This document shows positions 37,501 to 46,514 of a stretch of DNA of 64,000 bases, in pieces. The notes under the pieces are model-generated. The model worked only from the letters and a program-made list of their open reading frames with translations, did not search any database and was not told where the DNA came from. Numbering within the stretch: position 1 is the first letter of the stretch; each line of letters opens with the position of its first letter. Made by a program: the position numbers and the translations under genes. This DNA is from Candidatus Woesebacteria bacterium (lineage in GTDB: Bacteria; Patescibacteriota; Microgenomatia; UBA8517): positions 211,496 through 275,495 of the forward strand of contig DMZH01000002.1 of NCBI GenBank assembly GCA_003484955.1. Reading direction: 5' to 3'.

Positions 37501-37502
37501 AA

Positions 37503-38300
37503 TTACTTCACAAAAATCCAGAAAAGGATCGCGAGGACAATTCTATAAATTCCAAAACCGATAAAGCTGTGCTTTTTGACAAAATTAATGAGGAACTTAA
37601 CCGCCAACATTGCAAAAATAAAGGAAAGTACGGAGCCCGCAAAGAGAGTCAAAAATCCTGTTTGGGAAATAAATTCTCTGGATTTATAAACATCAAGCGC
37701 AGTCGCCGCAATCATTGTAGGAACTGCCAAAAGAAAAGAGAACTCGGTTGCCATCGGTCTGTTAAGTCCTGTTGCAAGCCCGCCAATAATGGTCGCCGCA
37801 GCGCGGGAAACTCCGGGAATAACGGAAAGACACTGAAAAACACCAATGAGAAAAGCTTTTTTATATGTAATCCTTTCGTAATCAATCTCGTTGCTTCTTA
37901 CGCTTCCGTTCCTCTTTTTCAAAAACAACTCAATTCCAATCAGGGCAATACCTCCCCAAAAAAGTGCATCCAACGTGACTGTCGAGCTACCCAAAAGAAC
38001 ATCTTTAATCAAAGGGTAGAGAGTAAAGCCAACCACGGCTGTAGGAATAAAAGCAACAATCAGCTTTTTGAGCAGGCTTAGGCTATTTAAAAATTTCTTC
38101 ATATAAAGAACGACAACGGCCAGAATGGCTCCAAGTTGAATCACAATTTCAAATGTTTTGACAAAATTAGTCTCAGAAATTCCCAACAACTTTGAAGCAA
38201 GGATCAAATGTCCGGTTGAAGAAATTGGTAAAAATTCAGTTAAACCCTCGATCAAAGAAAGGATAAAAACATGCAAAACGCTCATATACCAAGTATACAT
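37503..38300 (-). CDS. uppP: Undecaprenyl-diphosphatase
   Basis: Signature FLPISSTGHL plus the membrane topology and length (265 aa) of BacA/UppP. Confidence 0.9.
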   Translation of the reverse strand: MYTWYMSVLHVFILSLIEGLTEFLPISSTGHLILASKLLGISETNFVKTFEIVIQLGAILAVVVLYMKKFLNSLSLLKKLIVAFIPTAVVGFTLYPLIKDVLLGSSTVTLDALFWGGIALIGIELFLKKRNGSVRSNEIDYERITYKKAFLIGVFQCLSVIPGVSRAAATIIGGLATGLNRPMATEFSFLLAVPTMIAATALDVYKSREFISQTGFLTLFAGSVLSFIFAMLAVKFLINFVKKHSFIGFGIYRIVLAILFWIFVK

Positions 38301-38344
38301 AATTAAATTTAGCCATTAAAGATGATATAATTGGCTCTCTACGA

Positions 38345-38415
38345 GGGCCCGTAGTATATCGGTAGCACGCGCCCATGGCATGGGTGAAAAGCGGGTTCAA
38401 TTCCCGCCGGGTCCA
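38345..38415 (+). tRNA. tRNA-Ala (GGC) with G3:U70
   Basis: Acceptor GGGCCCG/CGGGTCC giving a G3-U70 wobble, anticodon stem CGCCC/GGGTG with loop ATGGCAT, short D-loop. Confidence 0.7.
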
Positions 38416-38510
38416 CAAAGATTAGAGGTTAGCTAAATTAGGTTCTTAGGAGTATAATACATTATAGGCTTCTAACTCCGTATAGGCGGAGTTTAATTTG
38501 CCCGAAAATC

Positions 38511-40322
38511 ATGGAAATCAGAAATGTTGCTATTATTGCTCACGTCGATCACGGTAAAACCACCCTGGTCGATGCACTTTTGCGTCAATCTCATACCGAG
38601 ATGAAAAAGGAGATTGCCGAACAAGACACAATTCTTGATTCAAATGAACTTGAAAGAGAGCGTGGAATCACAATATTTAGTAAAAATGCTTCGGTCGAAT
38701 ATAAAGGCGTAAAAATTAATATAATTGATACTCCCGGTCATGCCGACTTCGGCGGAGAAGTTGAACGTGTTCTTTCTATGGCTGACGGTGCCTTACTTTT
38801 GGTTGACGCCAAAGAGGGTCCCATGCCTCAAACCAGGTTCGTTCTTAGAGAAGCGCTTAAACTCGGTCTAAAGATTATTGTTGTCGTAAATAAAATTGAT
38901 AAAAAGGGAACCCGTCCCGAATATGTTCAGGGTAAAACGTTCGATCTTTTTGTGGAACTTGGCGCCAATGAAGAAACGGCACTTTTCCCGACAGTTTACG
39001 CCTCAGGACGTGATGGTGTTGCAGGCCTTGAACCTGATCTGTCAAAAATGACCGGCATTGAGCCCATTTTTGATGCAATCTTAAAATATATTCCCGAACC
39101 CAATGCTCACCCCGGGGAACCTCTTCAGATGCTTGTCAGCAATATCGGTTACGACAATTATAAAGGGCGCATTGCCATCGGAAAAATCCATTCAGGAAGC
39201 ATTAAAAACGGACAAGATATTGCTCACATAGATAGAGACGGGGTAATTGCTAAGTTTAAAATTACCTCTCTTTCCACATTTAAAGGCTTGGGGAAAGTTG
39301 AGGAAGCGGAAGCTTTGGCAGGAGACCTTGTGGCCGTTACAGGAATATCTGATATTAATATCGGGGAAACCATTGCAGATCCCATAACCCCGGTTGCTTT
39401 ACCGCTTCTTGATATTGAACAGCCTACGGTAAAAATGATTTTTATGGTTAACAACTCTCCCTTTGGAGGTAAAGAAGGAGAATTCAAAACTTCAAGCCAA
39501 ATTAGAGCCAGACTTTATAAAGAATTGGAAACCGATGTGGCACTCAAGGTCGAGGATAACAACGACGGGACTTGGACCGTATCCGGCCGCGGTGAGCTTC
39601 ATCTGGCAATTTTGATTGAACGCATCAGGCGCGAGGGTTATGAATTCCAGGTCAGCAGACCCCACGTTATTAATCACACTGAAAACGGTAAAACCCTGAC
39701 TCCTTATGAGAAAGTCTATATTGAAGTTCCTGAGGAATATTCGGGAATAGTTATCCAAAAAATGGGCCAAAGACACGCCAAAATGGATAACATGGAGACA
39801 ACCGAAGGTATTACTTACCTTGAATTCACAGTTGCTACAAAGGAATTGATCGGATTCAGAAGTGAATTTATCACCGACACCAAAGGCCTTGGAATCATTA
39901 ATGCTGCTTTTTACGAATTTTTACCGGATGACGGATTTTCCAGAGAGCGCGAGCGTGGAAGTTTAGTTGCTTACGAATCAGGAGAAACAAGGCTTTACGG
40001 AATGACTCAAGTTCAGGACCAGGGAGAATTCTTTGTTGGTCCGGCTGAAAAAATTTATAAAGGCCAGGTTATCGGCCAGTGCAGTAGATCCGGGGACCTT
40101 AGGGTTAACGCCTGCAAGGAAAAGAAACTCAGCAATATGAGGAGCAAGGGGGACGGTTCAATGGAACATTTTAACGTACCCCACAGAATGGGTCTTGAGG
40201 AAGCGCTTGAGTACATTGACGACACCGAGCTCGTCGAAGTTACTCCCAAATCAGTAAGAATTAGAAAAATAATCTTAGATGAGATTGAGGCCAGAAAGGC
40301 GGCCAAACTTGCCAAGCATTGA
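38511..40322 (+). CDS. typA: Translational GTPase TypA/BipA
   Basis: G-domain AHVDHGKTTL, DTPGHADF, NKID. 603 aa, with the BipA-specific C-terminal domain. Confidence 0.95.
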   Translation: MEIRNVAIIAHVDHGKTTLVDALLRQSHTEMKKEIAEQDTILDSNELERERGITIFSKNASVEYKGVKINIIDTPGHADFGGEVERVLSMADGALLLVDAKEGPMPQTRFVLREALKLGLKIIVVVNKIDKKGTRPEYVQGKTFDLFVELGANEETALFPTVYASGRDGVAGLEPDLSKMTGIEPIFDAILKYIPEPNAHPGEPLQMLVSNIGYDNYKGRIAIGKIHSGSIKNGQDIAHIDRDGVIAKFKITSLSTFKGLGKVEEAEALAGDLVAVTGISDINIGETIADPITPVALPLLDIEQPTVKMIFMVNNSPFGGKEGEFKTSSQIRARLYKELETDVALKVEDNNDGTWTVSGRGELHLAILIERIRREGYEFQVSRPHVINHTENGKTLTPYEKVYIEVPEEYSGIVIQKMGQRHAKMDNMETTEGITYLEFTVATKELIGFRSEFITDTKGLGIINAAFYEFLPDDGFSRERERGSLVAYESGETRLYGMTQVQDQGEFFVGPAEKIYKGQVIGQCSRSGDLRVNACKEKKLSNMRSKGDGSMEHFNVPHRMGLEEALEYIDDTELVEVTPKSVRIRKIILDEIEARKAAKLAKH

Positions 40323-40482
40323 CTTTAGCTTGTTTAGTAGTTAAATTAGTGTAATAGAAGGTTAATTAATACGCTATTATCCTGATTCACCAACAGGGGA
40401 GTATGAGATGACCAAAACGAGAAGTAATTGAAGTGGAACCACGACTCTTCACGAATCGTCTTCAAGGAGGTATTATTAAATT

Positions 40483-42216
40483 ATGGAGTTGGAACATTTG
40501 AGACATTCCTGTTCACATCTAATGGCAGCGGCCATCGGGCAATTGTGGCCCAAGGCAAAACCCACTTTAGGCCCGGCAATTGAAAATGGATTTTATTACG
40601 ATTTTGACTTCGGAGAAGCTAAAATTGCAGAATCTGACTTTGAGAAAATCGAGGAAAAAATGCATGAAATTGTTAAGGGTTGGAGGGAATTTGAAAAGAT
40701 TGAGATAACCAAGGAACAGGCTTTGAAAGATTTTAAGGGTAATGAGTACAAAGAAGAACTAATTAACGATCTTGCTGATGGGCAAATTACATACTACAAA
40801 TCGGGGAGTTTTTCCGATCTTTGCAAGGGCGGGCATGTTGAAAACCCTTCTGAAGATTTGAAATTTTTCAAACTTCTTTCCGTGGCCGGTGCCTACTGGA
40901 GAGGGAACGAGAAAAATAAAATGTTAACCCGTATTTACGGTACTATTTTCCCTACGCAAAAAGAGTTGGATGATTTTATTGCAATGAAAGAAGAGGCTAA
41001 AAAAAGAGATCACAGAAAACTTGGGAAGGAAATGGATCTATTTACTTTTTCCGAATTGGTCGGATCCGGTCTTCCCCTTTATACACCGAAGGGAGCTCTT
41101 ATGAGACGCCTTGTTAATGAGTATGTTGAGTCTGTACAATCATTGCAAGGATACTCACAAGTTTGGACTCCTCAAATTGCAAAGGCTGATCTTTTTAAAA
41201 CTTCGGGGCACTATGACAAATATAAGGATTCTATGTTTAGAGTCTTTTCAAATTATTCGGATGAAGAGTTTTATCTTAAGCCTATGAACTGTCCTCAGCA
41301 CACACAAATCTATGCTTCAAAACCAAGAAGCTACAAGGATTTGCCAATAAGACTAACCGACTTTGCCATGTTATATCGAGACGAAAAACCCGGGGAGCTT
41401 TCGGGTCTTGCAAGAGTAAGGGCATTTTCTCAGGACGACTGCCATATTTTCTGCAGGGAAGACCAGGTTGATGAAGAAGTTGACAGAGCACTTGCAATGA
41501 CTAAGGAGATTATGAAAACTTTTGGTCTTTCTTATAAATACAGGCTTTCAACCAGGGACCAGGAACACCCCGAAAAGTATATAGGAGATCCCAAAATTTG
41601 GGATAAAACTGAAAAGTGGGCAGAGGAAATTATGAAACGCAATAATATTGAATATTTTGACGGTCCAGGAGAAGCGGCTTTTTATGCTCCAAAGATGGAT
41701 TTGATTGCTAAGGATTCACTGGGACGGGAATGGCAACTTTCAACGGTTCAAATTGATTACTTCTTGCCAGAGAGATTTAATTTAACTTACATTGATTCTG
41801 ACGGAAAAGAAAAACGACCAGTTATGATTCATAGAGCGATAGTTGGTTCTCCTGAAAGATTTTTAATGGTTCTTATTGAACACTTTGGAGGAAATTTTCC
41901 AACTTGGTTGACACCTGTTCAAGCCAAAGTTTTGCCAATTACCGAAAATCATTTGGAATACGCAAATAAAGTCGCTGAGAAGCTGAAAAAGGCCGGAATT
42001 AGGGCGGAAATTGATGATAGAAATGAAAGACTTCAGGCGAAAATCCGCGATGCTCAGTTATCAAAAGTTTCTTACATGTTCATTGTTGGCGACCGCGAAG
42101 CTGAAGCTGGCAAGATTGCCGTAAGAAAAAGAAACGGGGAAGATTTGGGATCAAAGGATTTGGAAGAATTCATTAAAGCCTTGAGAAAAGAAATCGACGA
42201 AAAGATTGTTAATTAA
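40483..42216 (+). CDS. thrS: Threonyl-tRNA synthetase lacking the N-terminal TGS/N1 domain
   Basis: Class II aaRS motifs (FRDE...GLARVRAFSQDDCHIF), editing-domain HxxxH and an anticodon-binding domain. 577 aa. Confidence 0.9.
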   Translation: MELEHLRHSCSHLMAAAIGQLWPKAKPTLGPAIENGFYYDFDFGEAKIAESDFEKIEEKMHEIVKGWREFEKIEITKEQALKDFKGNEYKEELINDLADGQITYYKSGSFSDLCKGGHVENPSEDLKFFKLLSVAGAYWRGNEKNKMLTRIYGTIFPTQKELDDFIAMKEEAKKRDHRKLGKEMDLFTFSELVGSGLPLYTPKGALMRRLVNEYVESVQSLQGYSQVWTPQIAKADLFKTSGHYDKYKDSMFRVFSNYSDEEFYLKPMNCPQHTQIYASKPRSYKDLPIRLTDFAMLYRDEKPGELSGLARVRAFSQDDCHIFCREDQVDEEVDRALAMTKEIMKTFGLSYKYRLSTRDQEHPEKYIGDPKIWDKTEKWAEEIMKRNNIEYFDGPGEAAFYAPKMDLIAKDSLGREWQLSTVQIDYFLPERFNLTYIDSDGKEKRPVMIHRAIVGSPERFLMVLIEHFGGNFPTWLTPVQAKVLPITENHLEYANKVAEKLKKAGIRAEIDDRNERLQAKIRDAQLSKVSYMFIVGDREAEAGKIAVRKRNGEDLGSKDLEEFIKALRKEIDEKIVN

Positions 42217-42277
42217 TTCATCCACATTCACTATTGATTAAAACTCATATTTTAGGTACAATTCATACGTAACAAAG

Positions 42278-42856
42278 TTGGGAAAACAGAACCTTTTTTG
42301 GCGAACAGATTATCAGATTAGAGCTCCCTCTCTCAGGGTTATTGATTCCGAAGGAAAACTAATTGGAGTTTTGACAAAAGATGAGGCAGTGAGGAAAGCT
42401 AAAGAGGCCAACCTGACACTTGTTGAGATAGCGCCAAATGCCACACCGCCCGTAGGCAAGATAGTAGACTTTGGAAAGTTCAGGTACGCGGAAGAGAAAA
42501 AGGCAAGGGCTCAAGCTAAAAAGGTTAAGGGTGGGGAAGTTAAAGAAATACGTTTCAGTCCGTTTATAGCCGAAAATGACTTTAATGTAAGAATCGGAAG
42601 GATAAAAGAATTTTTTGCGGATAAAAATAAAGTCAGGGTAGTGGTTGTTTTCAAAGGACCGCAAATGAGGGTCAAGCATACGGGTTATGACCTTATAGGA
42701 AAGATTAAAAGTGTATTTGGTGATACAATTATCACCGACATGGAACCAAAGTTCCTGGGGAAATATTTAGTAACAGTAATTTCTCCGGTAACAAATAAAG
42801 GCCTAGCCGCCAAAAACAATGCCAAAAAGGAAGATCAGAAAATCGATAACAAATAG
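42278..42856 (+). CDS. infC: Translation initiation factor IF-3
   Basis: [21 protein letters not shown] and conserved C-terminal domain motifs. The true start may be a non-AUG codon downstream. Confidence 0.85.
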   Translation: MGKQNLFWRTDYQIRAPSLRVIDSEGKLIGVLTKDEAVRKAKEANLTLVEIAPNATPPVGKIVDFGKFRYAEEKKARAQAKKVKGGEVKEIRFSPFIAENDFNVRIGRIKEFFADKNKVRVVVVFKGPQMRVKHTGYDLIGKIKSVFGDTIITDMEPKFLGKYLVTVISPVTNKGLAAKNNAKKEDQKIDNK

Positions 42857-43046
42857 ATTTAAGGTTACTAAGACCGGAAAAGTGATGCGTCGCCAAGGTT
42901 TTAGACGACACCTTAAAAGTAGCAAGAGCAGCAAACAACTCAGAAATCTTAAAAGAGTTGTTGAGCTGAAGGGTTTTTACGCCAAAAAGGTTCGAAAAGC
43001 AGTTGGAAAGAAAGTCAGAGGAAAATCAAAAAAGACAATTAATTAA
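42819..43046 (+). CDS. rpmI: Ribosomal protein bL35
   Basis: [27 protein letters not shown]. Overlaps the infC end. Confidence 0.85.
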   Translation: MPKRKIRKSITNRFKVTKTGKVMRRQGFRRHLKSSKSSKQLRNLKRVVELKGFYAKKVRKAVGKKVRGKSKKTIN

Positions 43047-43078
43047 ATAAACCAAGCTTGAAATTTATAAAATAAATT

Positions 43079-43435
43079 ATGAGAGTTAAATCAGTTTCCG
43101 CCATAAGACACAGAAAAATGTTAGCCCGAGCAAAGGGCTATAAGCAGGCAAGAGGCAGTAGAATTCAAACTGCCAAAGAGGCCTTGGTTCATGCCGGATC
43201 TTACGCCTATCATGGAAGAAAGCTTAAGAAAAGAAACCTTAGAACCCTCTGGATCACCAGAATCAGCGCGGGAGTCAAAGCGCAGGGAATTTCTTATAGC
43301 AAATTTGTCGCAGGTCTCAAAAAAGAAAAGATTGAAATTGACAGAAAAATTTTAAGCGATATTGCTTCAAAGGACGCAGAAACATTCAAAAAAATAGTCA
43401 AAGAAGCCGGTTTTAGCTTTACCCCCGAAAAATAA
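43079..43435 (+). CDS. rplT: Ribosomal protein bL20
   Basis: MRVKSVSAIRHRKMLARAKGY...RNLRTLWITRISAG. Confidence 0.9.
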   Translation: MRVKSVSAIRHRKMLARAKGYKQARGSRIQTAKEALVHAGSYAYHGRKLKKRNLRTLWITRISAGVKAQGISYSKFVAGLKKEKIEIDRKILSDIASKDAETFKKIVKEAGFSFTPEK

Positions 43436-43459
43436 CGGAGGTATTGCTGTATTTTAGGT

Positions 43460-43482
43460 AAACCTCCGAAAGGAGGTTTTTT
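43460..43482 (+). terminator. Intrinsic terminator after rplT (AAACCTCC GAAA GGAGGTTT + TTTTTG), 18 nt before pheS
   Basis: 8-bp stem with a GNRA loop and a T-run. pheS starts at 43500. Confidence 0.6.
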
Positions 43483-43499
43483 GTTGTAGAATTAAATCT

Positions 43500-44534
43500 A
43501 TGCAGGAAGAATTAATTAATTTAAGAAACGAGGCAATCGCACAGATTTCCTCTGTCGAAAACACCATCGATCTCGAGGAAATAAGAGTGGCCTATCTGGG
43601 ACGGAGTGGAAAGTTCACACTTCTTGTTAAAAAAATTAAGGATACACCTTCCGAAAAAAGAAAAGAGTTCGGCATTACTCTTAATGAAAGTAAAAATACA
43701 CTGGAAAGGCTCATATCTGATAAAAAACAGGAGATGATCAAAAGCATTTCGGAAAAGCGTGATTGGTTTGATTTAACCATGCCGGGTTCAAAACTCGATC
43801 TCGGACATCTTCACCCTTTGACTAAAGTACTCAAAGAAGTAAAGCAAATATTCAACTTCCTGGGTTATCAGATTGCAGACGGGCCGGAAATCGAATCGGA
43901 TTATTTCAACTTTGAAGCTTTAAATATCCCCAAGGATCATCCCTCCCGCGACACCCAGATGACTTTTTATGTAGACACCAAGGGAACCGATCTCAAACCT
44001 TCAGAAACAATTTTAAGGACTCAAACGTCGGCAATGCAGGGTAGGGTAATGGAAAAAATGAAGCCTCCGTTTAGGGTTTTGGCCCCCGGCAGAAATTTCA
44101 GATATGAACAGGTCGATGCTTCTCATGGATTTGAGTTCTGGCAAGTTGAGGGTTTTGTTGTCGATAAAAATATTCATCTGACGGATCTTTTCGGAACTAT
44201 CAACTATGTTTTAAGGGAACTTTTTGGGAAAGAAATAAAAACCCGTTTTGCCACAACCAATTTTCCCTTTGTTGAACCTGGAGTTGACACCTATATGCAG
44301 TGTACTATTTGCAAAGGAAAGGGTTGTTCTTTTTGCAAAAATACCGGTTGGAGTGAAATAATGCCGGCAGGGATGATTCACCCAAATGTTCTTAAAAATG
44401 CCGGTATTGATGCCGCAAAATGGAACGGGTTTGCTTTCGCGATAGGGCTTTCCAGAATTGTAAACCTGCGATATCAAATAAAAGATCTAAGGACTTTAAC
44501 GACTCCGGATATGCGAATCCTGAGCCAGTTCTAG
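43500..44534 (+). CDS. pheS: Phenylalanyl-tRNA synthetase alpha subunit
   Basis: FNFEALNIPKDHPSRDTQ and class II motifs. Confidence 0.9.
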   Translation: MQEELINLRNEAIAQISSVENTIDLEEIRVAYLGRSGKFTLLVKKIKDTPSEKRKEFGITLNESKNTLERLISDKKQEMIKSISEKRDWFDLTMPGSKLDLGHLHPLTKVLKEVKQIFNFLGYQIADGPEIESDYFNFEALNIPKDHPSRDTQMTFYVDTKGTDLKPSETILRTQTSAMQGRVMEKMKPPFRVLAPGRNFRYEQVDASHGFEFWQVEGFVVDKNIHLTDLFGTINYVLRELFGKEIKTRFATTNFPFVEPGVDTYMQCTICKGKGCSFCKNTGWSEIMPAGMIHPNVLKNAGIDAAKWNGFAFAIGLSRIVNLRYQIKDLRTLTTPDMRILSQF

Positions 44535-44543
44535 GTTTTAAAT

Positions 44544-46514
44544 ATGTTAATTCCACTTTCCTGGCTTAAAGAATATGTAGAAATAAAACTGCCGTTGAAG
44601 GATCTTATGTGGAAAATGACCGAAGCGGGTCTGACCTGCGAAGTAACCAAAAAAGTTGGTGATGAGGTGGTATTGGATGTTGAAGTCACTGCCAATCGGC
44701 CAGACTGGATGAGTATACTCGGGGTTGCCAGGGAAGTGGCTGCTATACAGGGAATTAAAATTAAAGAACCTAAAATTAAAGAGATTCCCGCAGCAACGGC
44801 TAACTTCCCGATTGATTTGATTCCTAATTTTGATTTATTTGAACGCTGGAGTGCTATTGTAATAAAGGATGTAACAATCAAGCCTTCACCAAAATGGCTC
44901 CAGGAAAGAATTACTTCGATGGGTCATTCTCCTATCAATAACATCATCGATATCACCAACTACGTTATGTACGAGTTGGGTATTCCAATGCACGCTTTCG
45001 ATTATGACGAAATAAGTGGACAAATTATGACACTCGAAAAGGCCAGTGGGGGGGAGAATTTTACTTCTGTTGACGGAGAGAGCTACAAACTCCCGGAGGG
45101 AGCAATGATAATTAAAGATGCCGAAAGAATAATCGATTTAGCCGGAATCAAAGGCGGACAAAATTCGGGAATTAAGAATTCAACCAAAAATGTTCTTTTG
45201 CATGTAACTATCGATAATCCTGTTCTTGTCAGAAGAGCTTCTATCTCAATGGGTCTTAGGAGTGATGCTTCCGCAATTTATGAAAGGGGCCCGGACAAAG
45301 GCGGCACTGTTAATAGTCTAAAAAGAGCCGCGGGTCTGATTCTTGAACTTGCCGGTGGGGAGATTGCCTCAAAGGTTATTGATTTCAAGAAAGAAAACTT
45401 TGAACCAAAAACTATTAATTTAACATTCGGTAAACTTAAAAGAATACTGGGAATTGAAATTCCGGAAAGTGAAATTATCAGAATTCTGTCATCCCTTAGT
45501 CTATACCCTGAAAAAATTAAAGACGGAATTACCTGTACCGTTCCAACTTACCGGGGAGATATAAAAATCGAGGAAGATCTGACGGAAGAAGTTGCCAGAC
45601 TTTACGGATACAATAAATTCCCGACAACTCTTCCGGTCGGTCAAGTCGCAGAAGAAAAAATTCCGTACTTTTTTGATGATAGTCTGATACTTAAAATTAA
45701 AGACATCCTGGTTTCTTGCGGTTACTCGGAAGCAAAAAACTTATCACTCGTTTCAAAAGCTTTGGTTGATAAGTTTGAGACCGATCCTAAGGATTATTTC
45801 AAACTCATTAATCCCGTAAGTTTAGAATACGAGTATTTGAGGGTCTCGCTTATTCCCAGTTTAGTCGCCAATATTAAGTTAAATCCCGTAGACGTTTTAA
45901 AGCTTTTTGAGATAGACAAAGTTTATTTAAAGACGTTAAAAGGAGCAAACGAAAAATACAGAGTTGCAGGTATTTCTACAGGGAAAGATTTCCGGGATTT
46001 CAAAACTGTCATAGACATAATTCTTTCGAAATTAAATATCGAGAACTGTTCCATTGAATTTGAAGTTGATAAAAAGTATTTACATCAATCCGTTGCAGGA
46101 GTAATTAAAAGCGGTTCTCACATCATCGGCGAATTTGGAGAAATAAGTCCTGTGGTTCTATCTGCAATGGAAATTTCCGGTAAAGTTTATTGCTTTGAGA
46201 TGGATATGGAAACTCTGGAAAAACTTTCCTATACAAAACTGTTTTCATCGATTCCGCTGAATCCTCCACAAATAGAAGATATTACACTGGTTCTTCCTCC
46301 AAAAACGAGAGTTGGGGAAGTAATGAAAGCGATTAAAAATTCAGAATTAAAGATTACAAATTTAGAACTGAGAGATATTTATAAAGATTCCTATACTTTT
46401 AGGGTTTGGTATCAGGACAATAGTAAGAATTTAACTGACGCTGATGTCAAAAGTATAAGAGACAGGATTCTGACTTTATTAAAATCCAAGTTTGGAATCA
46501 GTCTTAAGGACTAG
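44544..46514 (+). CDS. pheT: Phenylalanyl-tRNA synthetase beta subunit (short, 656 aa)
   Basis: B3/B4 and B5 domain similarity. Gene position immediately after pheS. Confidence 0.85.
   Translation: MLIPLSWLKEYVEIKLPLKDLMWKMTEAGLTCEVTKKVGDEVVLDVEVTANRPDWMSILGVAREVAAIQGIKIKEPKIKEIPAATANFPIDLIPNFDLFERWSAIVIKDVTIKPSPKWLQERITSMGHSPINNIIDITNYVMYELGIPMHAFDYDEISGQIMTLEKASGGENFTSVDGESYKLPEGAMIIKDAERIIDLAGIKGGQNSGIKNSTKNVLLHVTIDNPVLVRRASISMGLRSDASAIYERGPDKGGTVNSLKRAAGLILELAGGEIASKVIDFKKENFEPKTINLTFGKLKRILGIEIPESEIIRILSSLSLYPEKIKDGITCTVPTYRGDIKIEEDLTEEVARLYGYNKFPTTLPVGQVAEEKIPYFFDDSLILKIKDILVSCGYSEAKNLSLVSKALVDKFETDPKDYFKLINPVSLEYEYLRVSLIPSLVANIKLNPVDVLKLFEIDKVYLKTLKGANEKYRVAGISTGKDFRDFKTVIDIILSKLNIENCSIEFEVDKKYLHQSVAGVIKSGSHIIGEFGEISPVVLSAMEISGKVYCFEMDMETLEKLSYTKLFSSIPLNPPQIEDITLVLPPKTRVGEVMKAIKNSELKITNLELRDIYKDSYTFRVWYQDNSKNLTDADVKSIRDRILTLLKSKFGISLKD

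Noticed and set aside
37569-38081. 170-aa plus-strand ORF rich in Arg, Lys and Cys
   Set aside because: It is antisense to the well-supported uppP gene and is a low-complexity shadow ORF.
38236-38418. ORF 38236..38418 on the minus strand
   Set aside because: It overlaps tRNA-Ala and the uppP 5' end and shows no protein-like features.
40420-40450. GTGG-AA-CCAC mini-hairpin in the thrS leader as a terminator
   Set aside because: It has a 4-bp stem and no U-tract. It is considered only as part of the T-box-like motif.
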